This document shows, in pieces, positions 1 to 8,395 of a stretch of 43,035 nt of DNA. Below the pieces are notes generated by a model that did no database searches, was not told the origin of the DNA, and saw nothing but the letters and a program-made list of their open reading frames with translations. The translations under genes and the position numbers were made by a program. Source of the stretch: a virus (taxonomy: Duplodnaviria; Heunggongvirae; Uroviricota; Caudoviricetes); the IMG/VR virus record IMGVR_UViG_2690316195_000004; one strand, given 5' to 3'. Position 1 is the first letter of the stretch, and every line of letters starts with the position of its first letter.

Positions 1-1164
1 TTACGCCTTCTTTATATCCTCCATAATTCCAGAGTGGGACATATTTGGGACATTATCACCAAAAATGTCGTCTATTTTCCTCGCATGCTCTGTCAAATGA
101 TTAGGCGCAAGGTGAGCATACCTACGAACCATTTCTATGGACTCCCATCCGCCCATTTCCTGAAGCACTGATAATGGGACGCCTGACTGAATCAGCCAGC
201 TTGCCCAGGTGTGTCTGAGGTCATGGAAACGGAAATCTTCAATTCCTGCACGACGACAAGCTGATAGCCATGATGTCTTGCTGTCGATGCGCATCTTCCT
301 GACCGCAGGCGTTGATGTTCCATCTGCTCGCTTAGCCGCCTTGGTATGTACAAACACCCATTTGTGATGCTTGCCTATTTGATCACGCAACACTTTACAG
401 GCGGTATCGTTCAGCGCCACACCAATGGCGCGGTTTGATTTGCTCTCTTCTGGATTCACCCAGGCAACTCGTCGCTGCATGTCGATTTGTTGCCATTCCA
501 GATTTATGATGTTCGACTTTCTCAGACCAGTTGCCAGCGCAAACTTGACGACAGATTTCAGTGGTTCGGGGCACTCATCAATAAGGCGTTTTGCTTCCTC
601 CTTTTCCAGCCATCTGACTCGCTTGTTTCTGACCGCTGGTATCTTGATGACAGGCGCTTTTTCCAGCCACTTCCAGTCGCGTTCTGCAGCACGGAGAATG
701 GCCTTTATCATGGCAAGATGCTTTGCCTTTGTCTGAGTTGATACTGGCTTTGGTTCATAAACAGGCGGTTCTTTACCTTTCCTGATGGCGGCCTGAACTT
801 TCTGTTTCCATATTTCTTTCGTCTTTCTGTTATGCATTCTGCTTACAGCAGAGTAAATCTTTGCCTCCGAGATATCTTTAAGCCTTATACCCTCAAAATG
901 TTCAAGCCAGAACTCAATCCGGCTTTTATCTGAATCGAGAGATTTTTTATCAGCTTTTTCCTCAAGCCATCTTAGGCAGGCCTCTTCAAAAGTGACATCA
1001 GGTAAATCCCCTAGCTTTTCTACTCGCCAGAGTTCTGCTTTTCGCTTGTCGTGCAACTCCTGAGCTTGCCGCTTGTCCTTTGTGCCAAGAGATTCCTTAA
1101 TTCGTTTCTCGCCCGGGAGCGAATACGAGGCATACCATATTTCATTTCTGCGGAAGAGTGACAT
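1..1164 (-). CDS. int: Tyrosine site-specific integrase (Rac IntR-like)
   Basis: 387-aa ORF; C-terminal tyrosine-recombinase catalytic motifs ([27 protein letters not shown]); close to Rac IntR as I recall it; stop codon is the first three bases of the window. Confidence 0.95.
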   Translation of the reverse strand: MSLFRRNEIWYASYSLPGEKRIKESLGTKDKRQAQELHDKRKAELWRVEKLGDLPDVTFEEACLRWLEEKADKKSLDSDKSRIEFWLEHFEGIRLKDISEAKIYSAVSRMHNRKTKEIWKQKVQAAIRKGKEPPVYEPKPVSTQTKAKHLAMIKAILRAAERDWKWLEKAPVIKIPAVRNKRVRWLEKEEAKRLIDECPEPLKSVVKFALATGLRKSNIINLEWQQIDMQRRVAWVNPEESKSNRAIGVALNDTACKVLRDQIGKHHKWVFVHTKAAKRADGTSTPAVRKMRIDSKTSWLSACRRAGIEDFRFHDLRHTWASWLIQSGVPLSVLQEMGGWESIEMVRRYAHLAPNHLTEHARKIDDIFGDNVPNMSHSGIMEDIKKA

Positions 1165-1391
1165 TTTCTTTCCTCTGTTATGCCATCACCCGCGCTCACC
1201 TGGACAGTATGCAGCGGAGACTGAAGCGCCGCAATGCAGGCTTGCCGTGTTGTGAGGTAAGGAGATTTTGGCTTGGTTGGATCTTTACGTGTTGCCTGTA
1301 GGCGGCCTGTTCGTATCCAGTTGGTGGCGGTTGGTCTGGATATCTTAAGAAACTGACAGGCCTCATCGAGTGTGAGGCTGTATGATTCCAT
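1020..1391 (-). CDS. xis: Excisionase (HTH, AlpA/Xis-like)
   Basis: ORF starting [29 protein letters not shown] with SD GAGGTAACC upstream; overlaps int start as in lambda xis/int; 3' extent uncertain (overlaps int by about 145 nt in another frame). Confidence 0.6.
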   Translation of the reverse strand: MESYSLTLDEACQFLKISRPTATNWIRTGRLQATRKDPTKPKSPYLTTRQACIAALQSPLHTVQVSAGDGITEERKCHSSAEMKYGMPRIRSRARNELRNLLAQRTSGKLRSCTTSEKQNSGE

Positions 1392-1641
1392 GGTTACCTC
1401 TGCTTTTTGAACGCATGTCACGTAACTTCTTAATGTGTTCTGCCGTTTCGATCTCTTCTGCTATCCGATCTGCATCAGCTTTATTCACAGGTTCAAAGTC
1501 ATGATTAAAGCGGAACATGCTGGCGATACATGTTCTGCCTTTTCGGATGTAGTGAACTTTGTTGTGGGTAGAACGCAGGATTTTGCAGGGAGTGCCGTGG
1601 TGGTCGACGTACCAGGTGTTAGGAAAAATGATTCTGAACAT
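1363..1641 (-). CDS. Hypothetical protein (early-left accessory gene)
   Basis: 92-aa ORF co-oriented with the int-xis-exo operon; no family confidently recognised. Confidence 0.4.
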   Translation of the reverse strand: MFRIIFPNTWYVDHHGTPCKILRSTHNKVHYIRKGRTCIASMFRFNHDFEPVNKADADRIAEEIETAEHIKKLRDMRSKSRGNHGIIQPHTR

Positions 1642-1697
1642 TTTTACACCTCAGTTGGACGATGTTGAAATTTGCTGCTTTGAGGCCATCACAGTCC

Positions 1698-1907
1698 CTA
1701 TTGTTTGTTCTTAAGTTCGATCTCCTCCTGGCAACTCGCACAAGTCCGACAACCCTGAACAGCCAGGCGTCTTCGCTCATCTATCGGATCGCCACACTCA
1801 CAACAATGAGTTGCGGATACAGTCTGGTAGTTCAGACGACGCATTTTTATTGCTGTATTGCGCTGTAATTCTTCGATTTCTGATGCTGAATCAATGATGT
1901 CTGCCAT
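1698..1907 (-). CDS. TraR/DksA-family C4 zinc-finger protein
   Basis: 69-aa ORF with CCECGDPIDERRR...CRTCASCQ, the four-Cys zinc finger typical of phage TraR-like proteins. Confidence 0.65.
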   Translation of the reverse strand: MADIIDSASEIEELQRNTAIKMRRLNYQTVSATHCCECGDPIDERRRLAVQGCRTCASCQEEIELKNKQ

Positions 1908-2005
1908 CTTTCATTAATCCCTGAATTGTTGGTTAATACGCTTGAGGGTAAATGCGAATAATAAAAAAGGAGCCTGTAGCTCCCTGATGATTTTGCTTTT
2001 CATGT

Positions 2006-2287
2006 TTACCGTTCCTTAAAGACGCCGTTCAACATGCCGATCGCCAGGCTTAAATGAGTCGGTGTGAATCCCATCAGCGTTACCGTTTCGCGGTGCTTCT
2101 TTAGTACGCTACGGCAAATGTCATCGACGTTTTTATCCGGAAAATGCTGTCTGGCTTTTTTGATTTCAGAATTAGCCTGACGGGCAATGCTGCGAAGGGC
2201 GTTTTCTTGCTGAGGTGTCATTGAACAAGCCCCATGTCGGCAAGCATAAGCACACAGAATATGAAGCCCGCTGCCAGAAAAATGCAT
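2006..2287 (-). CDS. Hypothetical protein (ea/orf61-region)
   Basis: ORF in the exo-to-xis accessory region; likely true start at internal Met (MTPQQENALR, about 2221). Confidence 0.4.
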   Translation of the reverse strand: MHFSGSGLHILCAYACRHGACSMTPQQENALRSIARQANSEIKKARQHFPDKNVDDICRSVLKKHRETVTLMGFTPTHLSLAIGMLNGVFKER

Positions 2288-2297
2288 TCAGTGGTTG

Positions 2298-2489
2298 TCA
2301 TACCTGGTCTCTCTCATCTGCTTCTGCTTTCGCCACCATCATTTCCAGCTTTTGTGAAAGGGATGTGGCTAACGTATGAAATTCTTCGTCTGTTTCTACT
2401 GGTATTGGCACAAACCTGACTCCAATTTGAGCAAGGCTATGTGCCATCTCAATACTCGTTCTTAACTCAACAGGAGATGCTTTGTGCAT
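2298..2489 (-). CDS. Hypothetical protein (lambda orf63-like)
   Basis: 63-aa ORF downstream of exo, same strand; 28-nt overlap with the next ORF reproduces the lambda orf63/orf60a arrangement. Confidence 0.5.
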   Translation of the reverse strand: MHKASPVELRTSIEMAHSLAQIGVRFVPIPVETDEEFHTLATSLSQKLEMMVAKAEADERDQV

Positions 2490-2650
2490 ACCGCCTCCCG
2501 TTTATTATTTATCTTCTCAGCCAGCCGCTGTGCTTTCAGTGGATTTCTGATAACAGAAAGGCCGGGAAATACCCAGCCTCGCTTTGTAACGGAGTAGACG
2601 AAAGTGATCGCGCCTACCCGGATATTATCGTGAGGATGCGTCATCGCCAT
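2462..2650 (-). CDS. Hypothetical protein (lambda orf60a-like)
   Basis: 62-aa ORF immediately downstream of exo on the same strand. Confidence 0.45.
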   Translation of the reverse strand: MAMTHPHDNIRVGAITFVYSVTKRGWVFPGLSVIRNPLKAQRLAEKINNKREAVCTKHLLLS

Positions 2651-3321
2651 TGCTCCCCAAATACAAAACCAATTTCAGCCAGTGCCTCGTCCATTTTTTC
2701 GATGAACTCCGGCACCATCTCGTCAAAACTCGCCATGTACTTTTCATTCCGCTCAATCACGACATAATGCAGGCCTTCACGCTTCATGCGCGGGTCATAG
2801 TTGGCAAAGTACCAGGCATCTTTTCGCGTCACCCACATGCTGTACTGCACCTGGGCCATGTAAGCCGATTTTATTGCCTCGAAACCACCGAGCCGGAATT
2901 TCATGAAATCCCGGGAGGTAAACGGGCATTTCAGTTCAAGGCCGTTGCCGTCACTGCATAAACCATCGGGGGAGCAGGCGGTGCGCATACTTTCGTCGCG
3001 ATAGATGATCGGGGATTCAGTAATATTCACGCCGGAAGTGAATTCAAACAGGGTTCTGGCGTCGTTCTCGTACTGTTTTCCCCAGGCCAGCGCCTTAGCA
3101 TTAACTTCCGGAGCCACACCGGTGCAAACCTCAGCCAGCAGGGTGTGGAAGTAGGACATTTTCATGTCAGGCCACTTCTTTCCTGAGCGGGGCTTTGCTA
3201 TCACGTTGTGAACTTCTGAAGCGGTGATGACGCCGAGCCGTAATTTGTGCCATGCATCATCCCCCTGTTCGACAGCTCTCACGTCGATCCCGGTACGCTG
3301 CAGGATAATGTCCGGTGTCAT
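2641..3321 (-). CDS. exo: Lambda-type exonuclease (Red alpha)
   Basis: 226-aa ORF matching lambda Exo as I recall it ([37 protein letters not shown]...); 4-nt overlap with bet. Confidence 0.95.
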   Translation of the reverse strand: MTPDIILQRTGIDVRAVEQGDDAWHKLRLGVITASEVHNVIAKPRSGKKWPDMKMSYFHTLLAEVCTGVAPEVNAKALAWGKQYENDARTLFEFTSGVNITESPIIYRDESMRTACSPDGLCSDGNGLELKCPFTSRDFMKFRLGGFEAIKSAYMAQVQYSMWVTRKDAWYFANYDPRMKREGLHYVVIERNEKYMASFDEMVPEFIEKMDEALAEIGFVFGEQWR

Positions 3322-4103
3322 GCAGCCACCTTCTGTTCAGAGGCTTTCTGTTTCAGGAATCCAAGAGCTTTCACTGCTTCGGCCTGTGTCAGTTCCGACG
3401 ATGCGCGAATGTCGCGGCGAAATATCTGGGAACAGAGCGGCAATAAGTCGTCATCCCATGTTTTATCCAGGGCAATCAGCAGAGTGTTAATCTCCTGCAT
3501 GGTTTCATCGTTAACCGGAGTGATGTCGCGTTCCGGCTGACGTTCTGCAGTGTATGCGGTATTTTCGACAATGCGCTCGGCTTCATCCTTGTCATAGATA
3601 CCCGCAAATCCGAAGGCGAGACGGGCACACTGAATCATGGCTTTATGCCGTAACATCCGTTTAGGATGCGACTGCCACGGCCCCGTGATTTCTCTGCCTT
3701 CACGGGTTTTGAATGGTTCGCGGCGGCATTCATCCATCCACTCGGTAACGCAGATCGGATGATTACGGTCCTTGCGGTAAATCCGGCATGTGCAGGATTC
3801 ATTGTCCTGCTCAAAGTCCATGCCATCAAACTGCTGGTTTTCATTGATGATGCGGGACCAGCCATCAACGCCCACCACCGGAACGATGCCGTTCTGCTTG
3901 TCAGGGAAGGCGTAAATTTCTTTCGTCCACGGATTAAGGCCGTACTGGTTGGCGACGATCAACAATGCGATGAACTGCGCATCGCTGGCATCACCTTTAA
4001 ATGCCGTCTGGCGAAGAGTGGTGATCAGTTCCTGTGGGTCGACAGAATCCATGCCGACACGTTCAGCCAGCTTCCCTGCCAGCGTTGCGAGTGCTGTACT
4101 CAT
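3318..4103 (-). CDS. bet: Red beta single-strand annealing recombinase
   Basis: 261-aa ORF matching lambda Bet ([66 protein letters not shown]...). Confidence 0.95.
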   Translation of the reverse strand: MSTALATLAGKLAERVGMDSVDPQELITTLRQTAFKGDASDAQFIALLIVANQYGLNPWTKEIYAFPDKQNGIVPVVGVDGWSRIINENQQFDGMDFEQDNESCTCRIYRKDRNHPICVTEWMDECRREPFKTREGREITGPWQSHPKRMLRHKAMIQCARLAFGFAGIYDKDEAERIVENTAYTAERQPERDITPVNDETMQEINTLLIALDKTWDDDLLPLCSQIFRRDIRASSELTQAEAVKALGFLKQKASEQKVAA

Positions 4104-4108
4104 CCGTT

Positions 4109-4405
4109 TTATACCTCTGAATCAATATCAACCTGGTGGTGAGCAATGGTTTCAACCATGTACCGGATGTGTTCTGCCATGCGCTCCTGAAACTTAACAT
4201 CGTCATCAAACGCACGGGTAATGGCTTTTTTGCTGGCCCCGTGGCGTTGTAAATGATCGATGCATAGCGATTCAAACAGGTGCTGGGGCAGGCCTTTTTC
4301 CATGTCGTCTGCCAGTTCTGCCTCTTTCTCTTCACGGGCGATCTGCTGGTAGTGACGCGCCCAGCTCTGAGCCTCAAGACGATCCTGAATGTAATAAGCG
4401 TTCAT
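4109..4405 (-). CDS. gam: Gam (RecBCD inhibitor), short form
   Basis: 98-aa [24 protein letters not shown]... matching the lambda GamS sequence; SD CAGGAG 8 nt upstream; the lambda long-form N-terminal extension is absent. Confidence 0.9.
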   Translation of the reverse strand: MNAYYIQDRLEAQSWARHYQQIAREEKEAELADDMEKGLPQHLFESLCIDHLQRHGASKKAITRAFDDDVKFQERMAEHIRYMVETIAHHQVDIDSEV

Positions 4406-4480
4406 GGCTGAACTCCTGAAAATGGCTGTGAAAATATCGCCAGCGAAATGCCAGGCTGATTAGGAAAACAGAAAAGGGGA

Positions 4481-4687
4481 TTAGTGATTCAGGCCGTTAC
4501 CGCGTCCGTCGAGAAAAACTTCCACGAGCAAATCACGGGTATAAGTGCGCTCGATGCCGCGATGCAGATATAGCCGTCCGCGTAAATTAGCTGATGCAGT
4601 CCAGGTACCATCTTTGTGTTTGACCAGCATTCCTGGCATGACCGCGCCGCGATTAACGGTCTGCGTTCCGTAATGTTGATGAACCAT
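4481..4687 (-). CDS. kil: Kil-family host-killing protein (KilR-like)
   Basis: ORF with strong SD (AGGAG-5nt-ATG) at MVHQHYG...; resembles my recollection of Rac KilR (TASAN, FLDGRG segments); maximal ORF extends to 4771. Confidence 0.5.
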   Translation of the reverse strand: MVHQHYGTQTVNRGAVMPGMLVKHKDGTWTASANLRGRLYLHRGIERTYTRDLLVEVFLDGRGNGLNH

Positions 4688-4959
4688 AAAAACTCCTGCC
4701 CGTAAGCTGGGCTGCTGAACATATAGAGACTTCTGCGCGTATTCAGGCGGTGGATGGCCGCCGGTTGCCATAACTAAGCCGCCTCGTTGAAGCGACTAAG
4801 GTATGAAATGTTGAGTTGATTTCAGCTGGTCACACCGACGTTCACGCGTCCGTTTCATCCCTCGCACTCCCCGAAGCCTGCTGAAATTCAAGCTGCGGAT
4901 CTAAGCGGTCATCGCAACGGTGAATCAGGTGGTTGCCGTATCGTTGTGTTGTTGCGATA

Positions 4960-5015
4960 TGGTGATAATAGCTATTGCTATTGGTGATATCAATACTTAT
5001 TGCTATTAGTAGATG
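4960..5015. promoter_or_regulatory. Putative left operator (OL) / pL region
   Basis: Repeated TTGCTATT(G) cores and a perfect 10-bp palindrome AATAGCTATT, the same motif family found between cI and cro. Confidence 0.45.
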
Positions 5016-5130
5016 TGTTTTGATATTAAATGTTTGATAGCAAAAAGAATTAATTTTGTGACTTGCATCGCATAGCGATAACTGAAGTGAGGTCGTGGTG
5101 GTTTTTTGAACGGTGTGTGATGAGGGGAGG

Positions 5131-5160
5131 GCAAAAGAAAACCCGGCACGGTGGCCGGGT
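5131..5160 (-). terminator. Rho-independent terminator of the cI/rex-slot operon
   Basis: GC hairpin CCCGGC-ACGGTG-GCCGGG immediately after the stop of the 149-aa gene, followed by a U-run on the minus-strand transcript. Confidence 0.6.
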
Positions 5161-5609
5161 TATTGTTCTTGATTGATCTTATCGAAGATATCATGACTTA
5201 ATTTTTGCACATTTAGGAAATTTACTATGAAGAAGACAATTGCGTAAATTATTAATGTGAAAAAAAGTATTGAAGGAGAGAATTTTAGTATCAGGGATTT
5301 AAATTCAAAGCTGAACTCATACTCTTTTAAATATTCACTAAGCACAAGACATAAAGTAGAAAGAGTGAAAAAGCGCAAAAAAGAATTTCGTATAGATACC
5401 AATTCTTTTCTGATAACTTTAACATAATTAATGTTTTTAATGCCAGACATGTTAAAAGTTACAATCAACCCTAACCCGATAGAAAACATTATGCCACAGA
5501 CAGAATACAATGTAGAAATCAAAAACTGATCAGGCCTCCAAGCTAAAAATGATGGAAGCCCGATAGTAATTATCAGAACAATTAGCAAGCTAGCTATTTG
5601 TCGCTTCAT
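5160..5609 (-). CDS. Small membrane protein in the RexB position (four predicted TM helices)
   Basis: 149-aa ORF with four long hydrophobic segments; very AT-rich; last gene of the cI operon, topology analogous to lambda RexB. Confidence 0.6.
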   Translation of the reverse strand: MKRQIASLLIVLIITIGLPSFLAWRPDQFLISTLYSVCGIMFSIGLGLIVTFNMSGIKNINYVKVIRKELVSIRNSFLRFFTLSTLCLVLSEYLKEYEFSFEFKSLILKFSPSILFFTLIIYAIVFFIVNFLNVQKLSHDIFDKINQEQ

Positions 5610-6615
5610 TTTCTATCTCTTTTAAATATCTGCTCATTTCTTGAAATACCTCTTGTTCTACAAGCTTGCCTGAATCAGTAACCTCAATTGTTACATTTTT
5701 AATCTTAAGAAGATCTTTGCCTTTTATTTCTGAGCGACCATCACTTCGTTTGAATACAATGTTATCAAGATCACTAACAGGTTTTAATGTTGCACCTAAT
5801 AGTTTAGCATAACTATCTTCATCCATGCTCCTTGGTTTACTAAACTTTATCAACAGTTCAGCTGATACTATTTGATTGTCAATTATTTCTTTTAGATTTG
5901 GGAAATTTGGTACAGCTGATTTCAATGCATTTAAAACAGCGTGTGAAAGTTTTATTTTTGTATTTTTTTCTTCAATTTCTGATGGTGGCGATTTCATATC
6001 GGATGACTGAACCAATACTTCTTTTGGAAGAGGAGATGGATCTCTCACAGAAATTGATTTTATATCCTTAAGCTGAACTTTATTACCTTTAACAATCATC
6101 GGTGTGAATTCAATCATTTCATTCCCAACCAGCCAGCGTATATAAGTTTGTAGAGATGATATAGTCCTATTCATCTGCAGATTGGTAACTAAATAATTAT
6201 CACTTATACAGAAGTAGAAATGGTTTTTGCATACGACCTCTGTATCAATGTCAGCATTATGGAGATCACTAATTGTAAATGATTTTTTGTTAAAAAGTTG
6301 ATCGGGAATCTTTTCAACTCCCTCGCTTGGGGCAATTCTAACCATTGTACAAAAAACAGAATTACTGTTGTCTGATGTCTGATAGAACGATATCAAATCT
6401 TGTTCTTGCCTAAGATCGTCAGAGTTTAAAACCATGCAACGTTCTTTTACGGTAGATGAGTCAACTAGCTTTTGTAATAAAAGCTTTTTCGCGGGGCTAG
6501 ATTTTTCTGTTAGATTATTGTTTTCTATCTTAAAAGCTCTTAATTTCACTTGTTTAGGTTTATTATATTTTTTATTTACAGAGCTGCTATTTTCACTATT
6601 CATAGAATCAACCAT
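5590..6615 (-). CDS. Unknown soluble protein in the RexA position
   Basis: 341-aa Lys/Asp/Ser-rich ORF directly downstream of cI, overlapping the membrane-protein gene by 20 nt; AT-rich; no recognisable domain. Confidence 0.6.
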   Translation of the reverse strand: MVDSMNSENSSSVNKKYNKPKQVKLRAFKIENNNLTEKSSPAKKLLLQKLVDSSTVKERCMVLNSDDLRQEQDLISFYQTSDNSNSVFCTMVRIAPSEGVEKIPDQLFNKKSFTISDLHNADIDTEVVCKNHFYFCISDNYLVTNLQMNRTISSLQTYIRWLVGNEMIEFTPMIVKGNKVQLKDIKSISVRDPSPLPKEVLVQSSDMKSPPSEIEEKNTKIKLSHAVLNALKSAVPNFPNLKEIIDNQIVSAELLIKFSKPRSMDEDSYAKLLGATLKPVSDLDNIVFKRSDGRSEIKGKDLLKIKNVTIEVTDSGKLVEQEVFQEMSRYLKEIENEATNS

Positions 6616-6708
6616 TGATTATGTGTAGTTTTATAATGTAGTAAGCATCAAGTATTTTTATAATTTGAGTTTGGTTTATCACACAAACATTTAAACCAAC
6701 TTGCTAAG

Positions 6709-7401
6709 TCATCCATGTTTTCTGTATGTCTGCGGCATGCTCCCAATAACTTTCCCGAAGATAAACACCCGGTTCATCTCGTCTTTCTCGATCGGGTCCC
6801 ACGGTGAGTAGCTCTTGTTATCAGAGATAACCAGCAGCTTATCCTTCATCATTTGCAGGCGCTTTACATGGGCTGTGTCGTCATACAGAAACGCATAGAT
6901 ACCATCACCGTCGAAAGATTTAACCGTGATATCAACGAACAGAAGATCACCTGGTTCGATCGTTCCTGACATGCTGTCACCACGCACGTTAATGATGCGG
7001 ATATTTTCCGCCTTCCTGCCATCGAACATGTGACGAGCATCGTCAAACGAGTACTCAACCGAGCGTAGAACTTCTACAAACTCACGGTTGATTACACCCG
7101 GCCCGGCACTGACTTCTATATCAAGAACGTCAATCTTGAAGTATTTTGAATGGCTGACAGCAGGCTTCCCTGATTGTTGACCGTCATTTCTCATCGGGCC
7201 TATGCCTGATGAGAGCCATTCTGTTCGAACACCCAATGCATTAGCTATTTCAACAATTTTTGTTGAGCCGCGCGCGTTGCCGCTTGTCAGTCTCCAGATT
7301 GTGGGTTGAGCTACGCCAGACGCCTTTGCAAGAGCGCCTTGAGACATTCCAGATTGTTCCATCGCTAGGTTTAAGCGATCAGCAAGAGTTTCTTTTTTCA
7401 T
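6709..7401 (-). CDS. cI: CI-type prophage repressor (XRE HTH + S24/LexA-like peptidase)
   Basis: N-terminal HTH (MSQGALAKASGVAQPTIWRL) and C-terminal S24 autocleavage domain (GDSM...KRL); divergently oriented to cro; maximal ORF runs to 7437 (TTG); an ATG at 7401 has no SD, consistent with a leaderless pRM-type transcript. Confidence 0.85.
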   Translation of the reverse strand: MKKETLADRLNLAMEQSGMSQGALAKASGVAQPTIWRLTSGNARGSTKIVEIANALGVRTEWLSSGIGPMRNDGQQSGKPAVSHSKYFKIDVLDIEVSAGPGVINREFVEVLRSVEYSFDDARHMFDGRKAENIRIINVRGDSMSGTIEPGDLLFVDITVKSFDGDGIYAFLYDDTAHVKRLQMMKDKLLVISDNKSYSPWDPIEKDEMNRVFIFGKVIGSMPQTYRKHG

Positions 7402-7505
7402 AAGTTTTAATTTATACGCTTGCGTATTGATGGTCAAAACACGTTTTGCTATTGCTTGGATTAATACGCATTGCTATTATTCATTCATTGCAATACCAAT
7501 AGGAA
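7402..7505. promoter_or_regulatory. Putative right operator (OR) with divergent pRM/pR
   Basis: Intergenic region between divergent cI and cro with three TTGCTATT/TTGCAATA motifs and the inverted repeat ATACGC-TT-GCGTAT. Confidence 0.55.
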
Positions 7506-7511
7506 TTGATA

Positions 7512-7739
7512 ATGACAAATCAAACCATTCAACTCGCAATCAGTATTACAGGTAGTCAAAAACGACTGGCAGATCTATGCGGTGTAGCCCAACCCACAGT
7601 TTGGCGTTGGCTACACGGTGGCGGAATTGATGCCCGCTATGTAATGAAAATTGTCTCAGCCACTGGTGGAAAGATTAAACCAGCAGATATTCGTCCCGAC
7701 CTCGCACCATTGTTTAACGCGAGTAATTCTGCCGCCTAA
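7512..7739 (+). CDS. cro: Cro-like HTH regulator (YdaS family)
   Basis: Small HTH protein (RLADLCGVAQPTVWRWLHG) first on the rightward operon, divergent from cI. Confidence 0.8.
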   Translation: MTNQTIQLAISITGSQKRLADLCGVAQPTVWRWLHGGGIDARYVMKIVSATGGKIKPADIRPDLAPLFNASNSAA

Positions 7740-7763
7740 ACTGCGGCGTTAACTGATAAGGCA

Positions 7764-8309
7764 ATGACTATGCAACCACTTACATACCAACAGACTAGCG
7801 GATTTAGCCCGACTGCGGTGATAAATCGTTCTCAAACAAAACAGGCGCCAGGCCACGAAAAAATCCGTGATGCCGTTCGCGCCTGGTCGGCTGCAGATAA
7901 TCAGGATGTTGTTGCCGCACTCATTGTGAATGAGTATCGGGAGCAGGGCGGCGGCACCATCGATTTCCCTGATGATGTCAGCCGTGCACGCCAGAAGCTG
8001 TTCCGCTTCCTCGATAACAAATTCGATTCTGAAAAATACCGAAATAACGTGCGTGAACTGACCCCGGCAATTCTGGCGGTACTACCGCTGGAATATCGCG
8101 GCCACCTGGTTGAGCAGGATAGCTACATGGCTCGGCTGGCTGAAATGGAAAAGGAACTCAGTGAGGCAAAACAGGCTGTCATTCTCAACGCACCACGCCA
8201 CCAGAAACTGAAGGAGATGAGTGAAGGCATTGTGTCGATGTTTCGTGTGGACCCGGATTTGGCTGGTCCACTGATGGCGATGGTCACCACCATGCTGGGG
8301 GCAATATGA
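7764..8309 (+). CDS. CII-position regulatory protein (possible YdaT-like)
   Basis: 181-aa ORF between cro and O, the slot occupied by cII in lambda; family assignment tentative. Confidence 0.45.
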   Translation: MTMQPLTYQQTSGFSPTAVINRSQTKQAPGHEKIRDAVRAWSAADNQDVVAALIVNEYREQGGGTIDFPDDVSRARQKLFRFLDNKFDSEKYRNNVRELTPAILAVLPLEYRGHLVEQDSYMARLAEMEKELSEAKQAVILNAPRHQKLKEMSEGIVSMFRVDPDLAGPLMAMVTTMLGAI

Positions 8310-8395
8310 CAGGTTCGGAAATGGCGAAAGCCGGTCTGCGCGAACAGAACCGACTTTCAGGTGCAAATCGTAACACACTCATTGCGGGAGGAATT

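Noticed and set aside
1020-1421. Full 133-aa excisionase ORF starting at 1421
   Set aside because: The upstream Met lacks a ribosome-binding site; the Met at 1391 has a strong SD and begins the HTH domain. The 3' extent remains uncertain.
4772-5130. Search for an N antiterminator or cIII gene
   Set aside because: No ORF of suitable size or character; the 62-aa ORF 5006-5194 runs through the terminator hairpin and has no start context.
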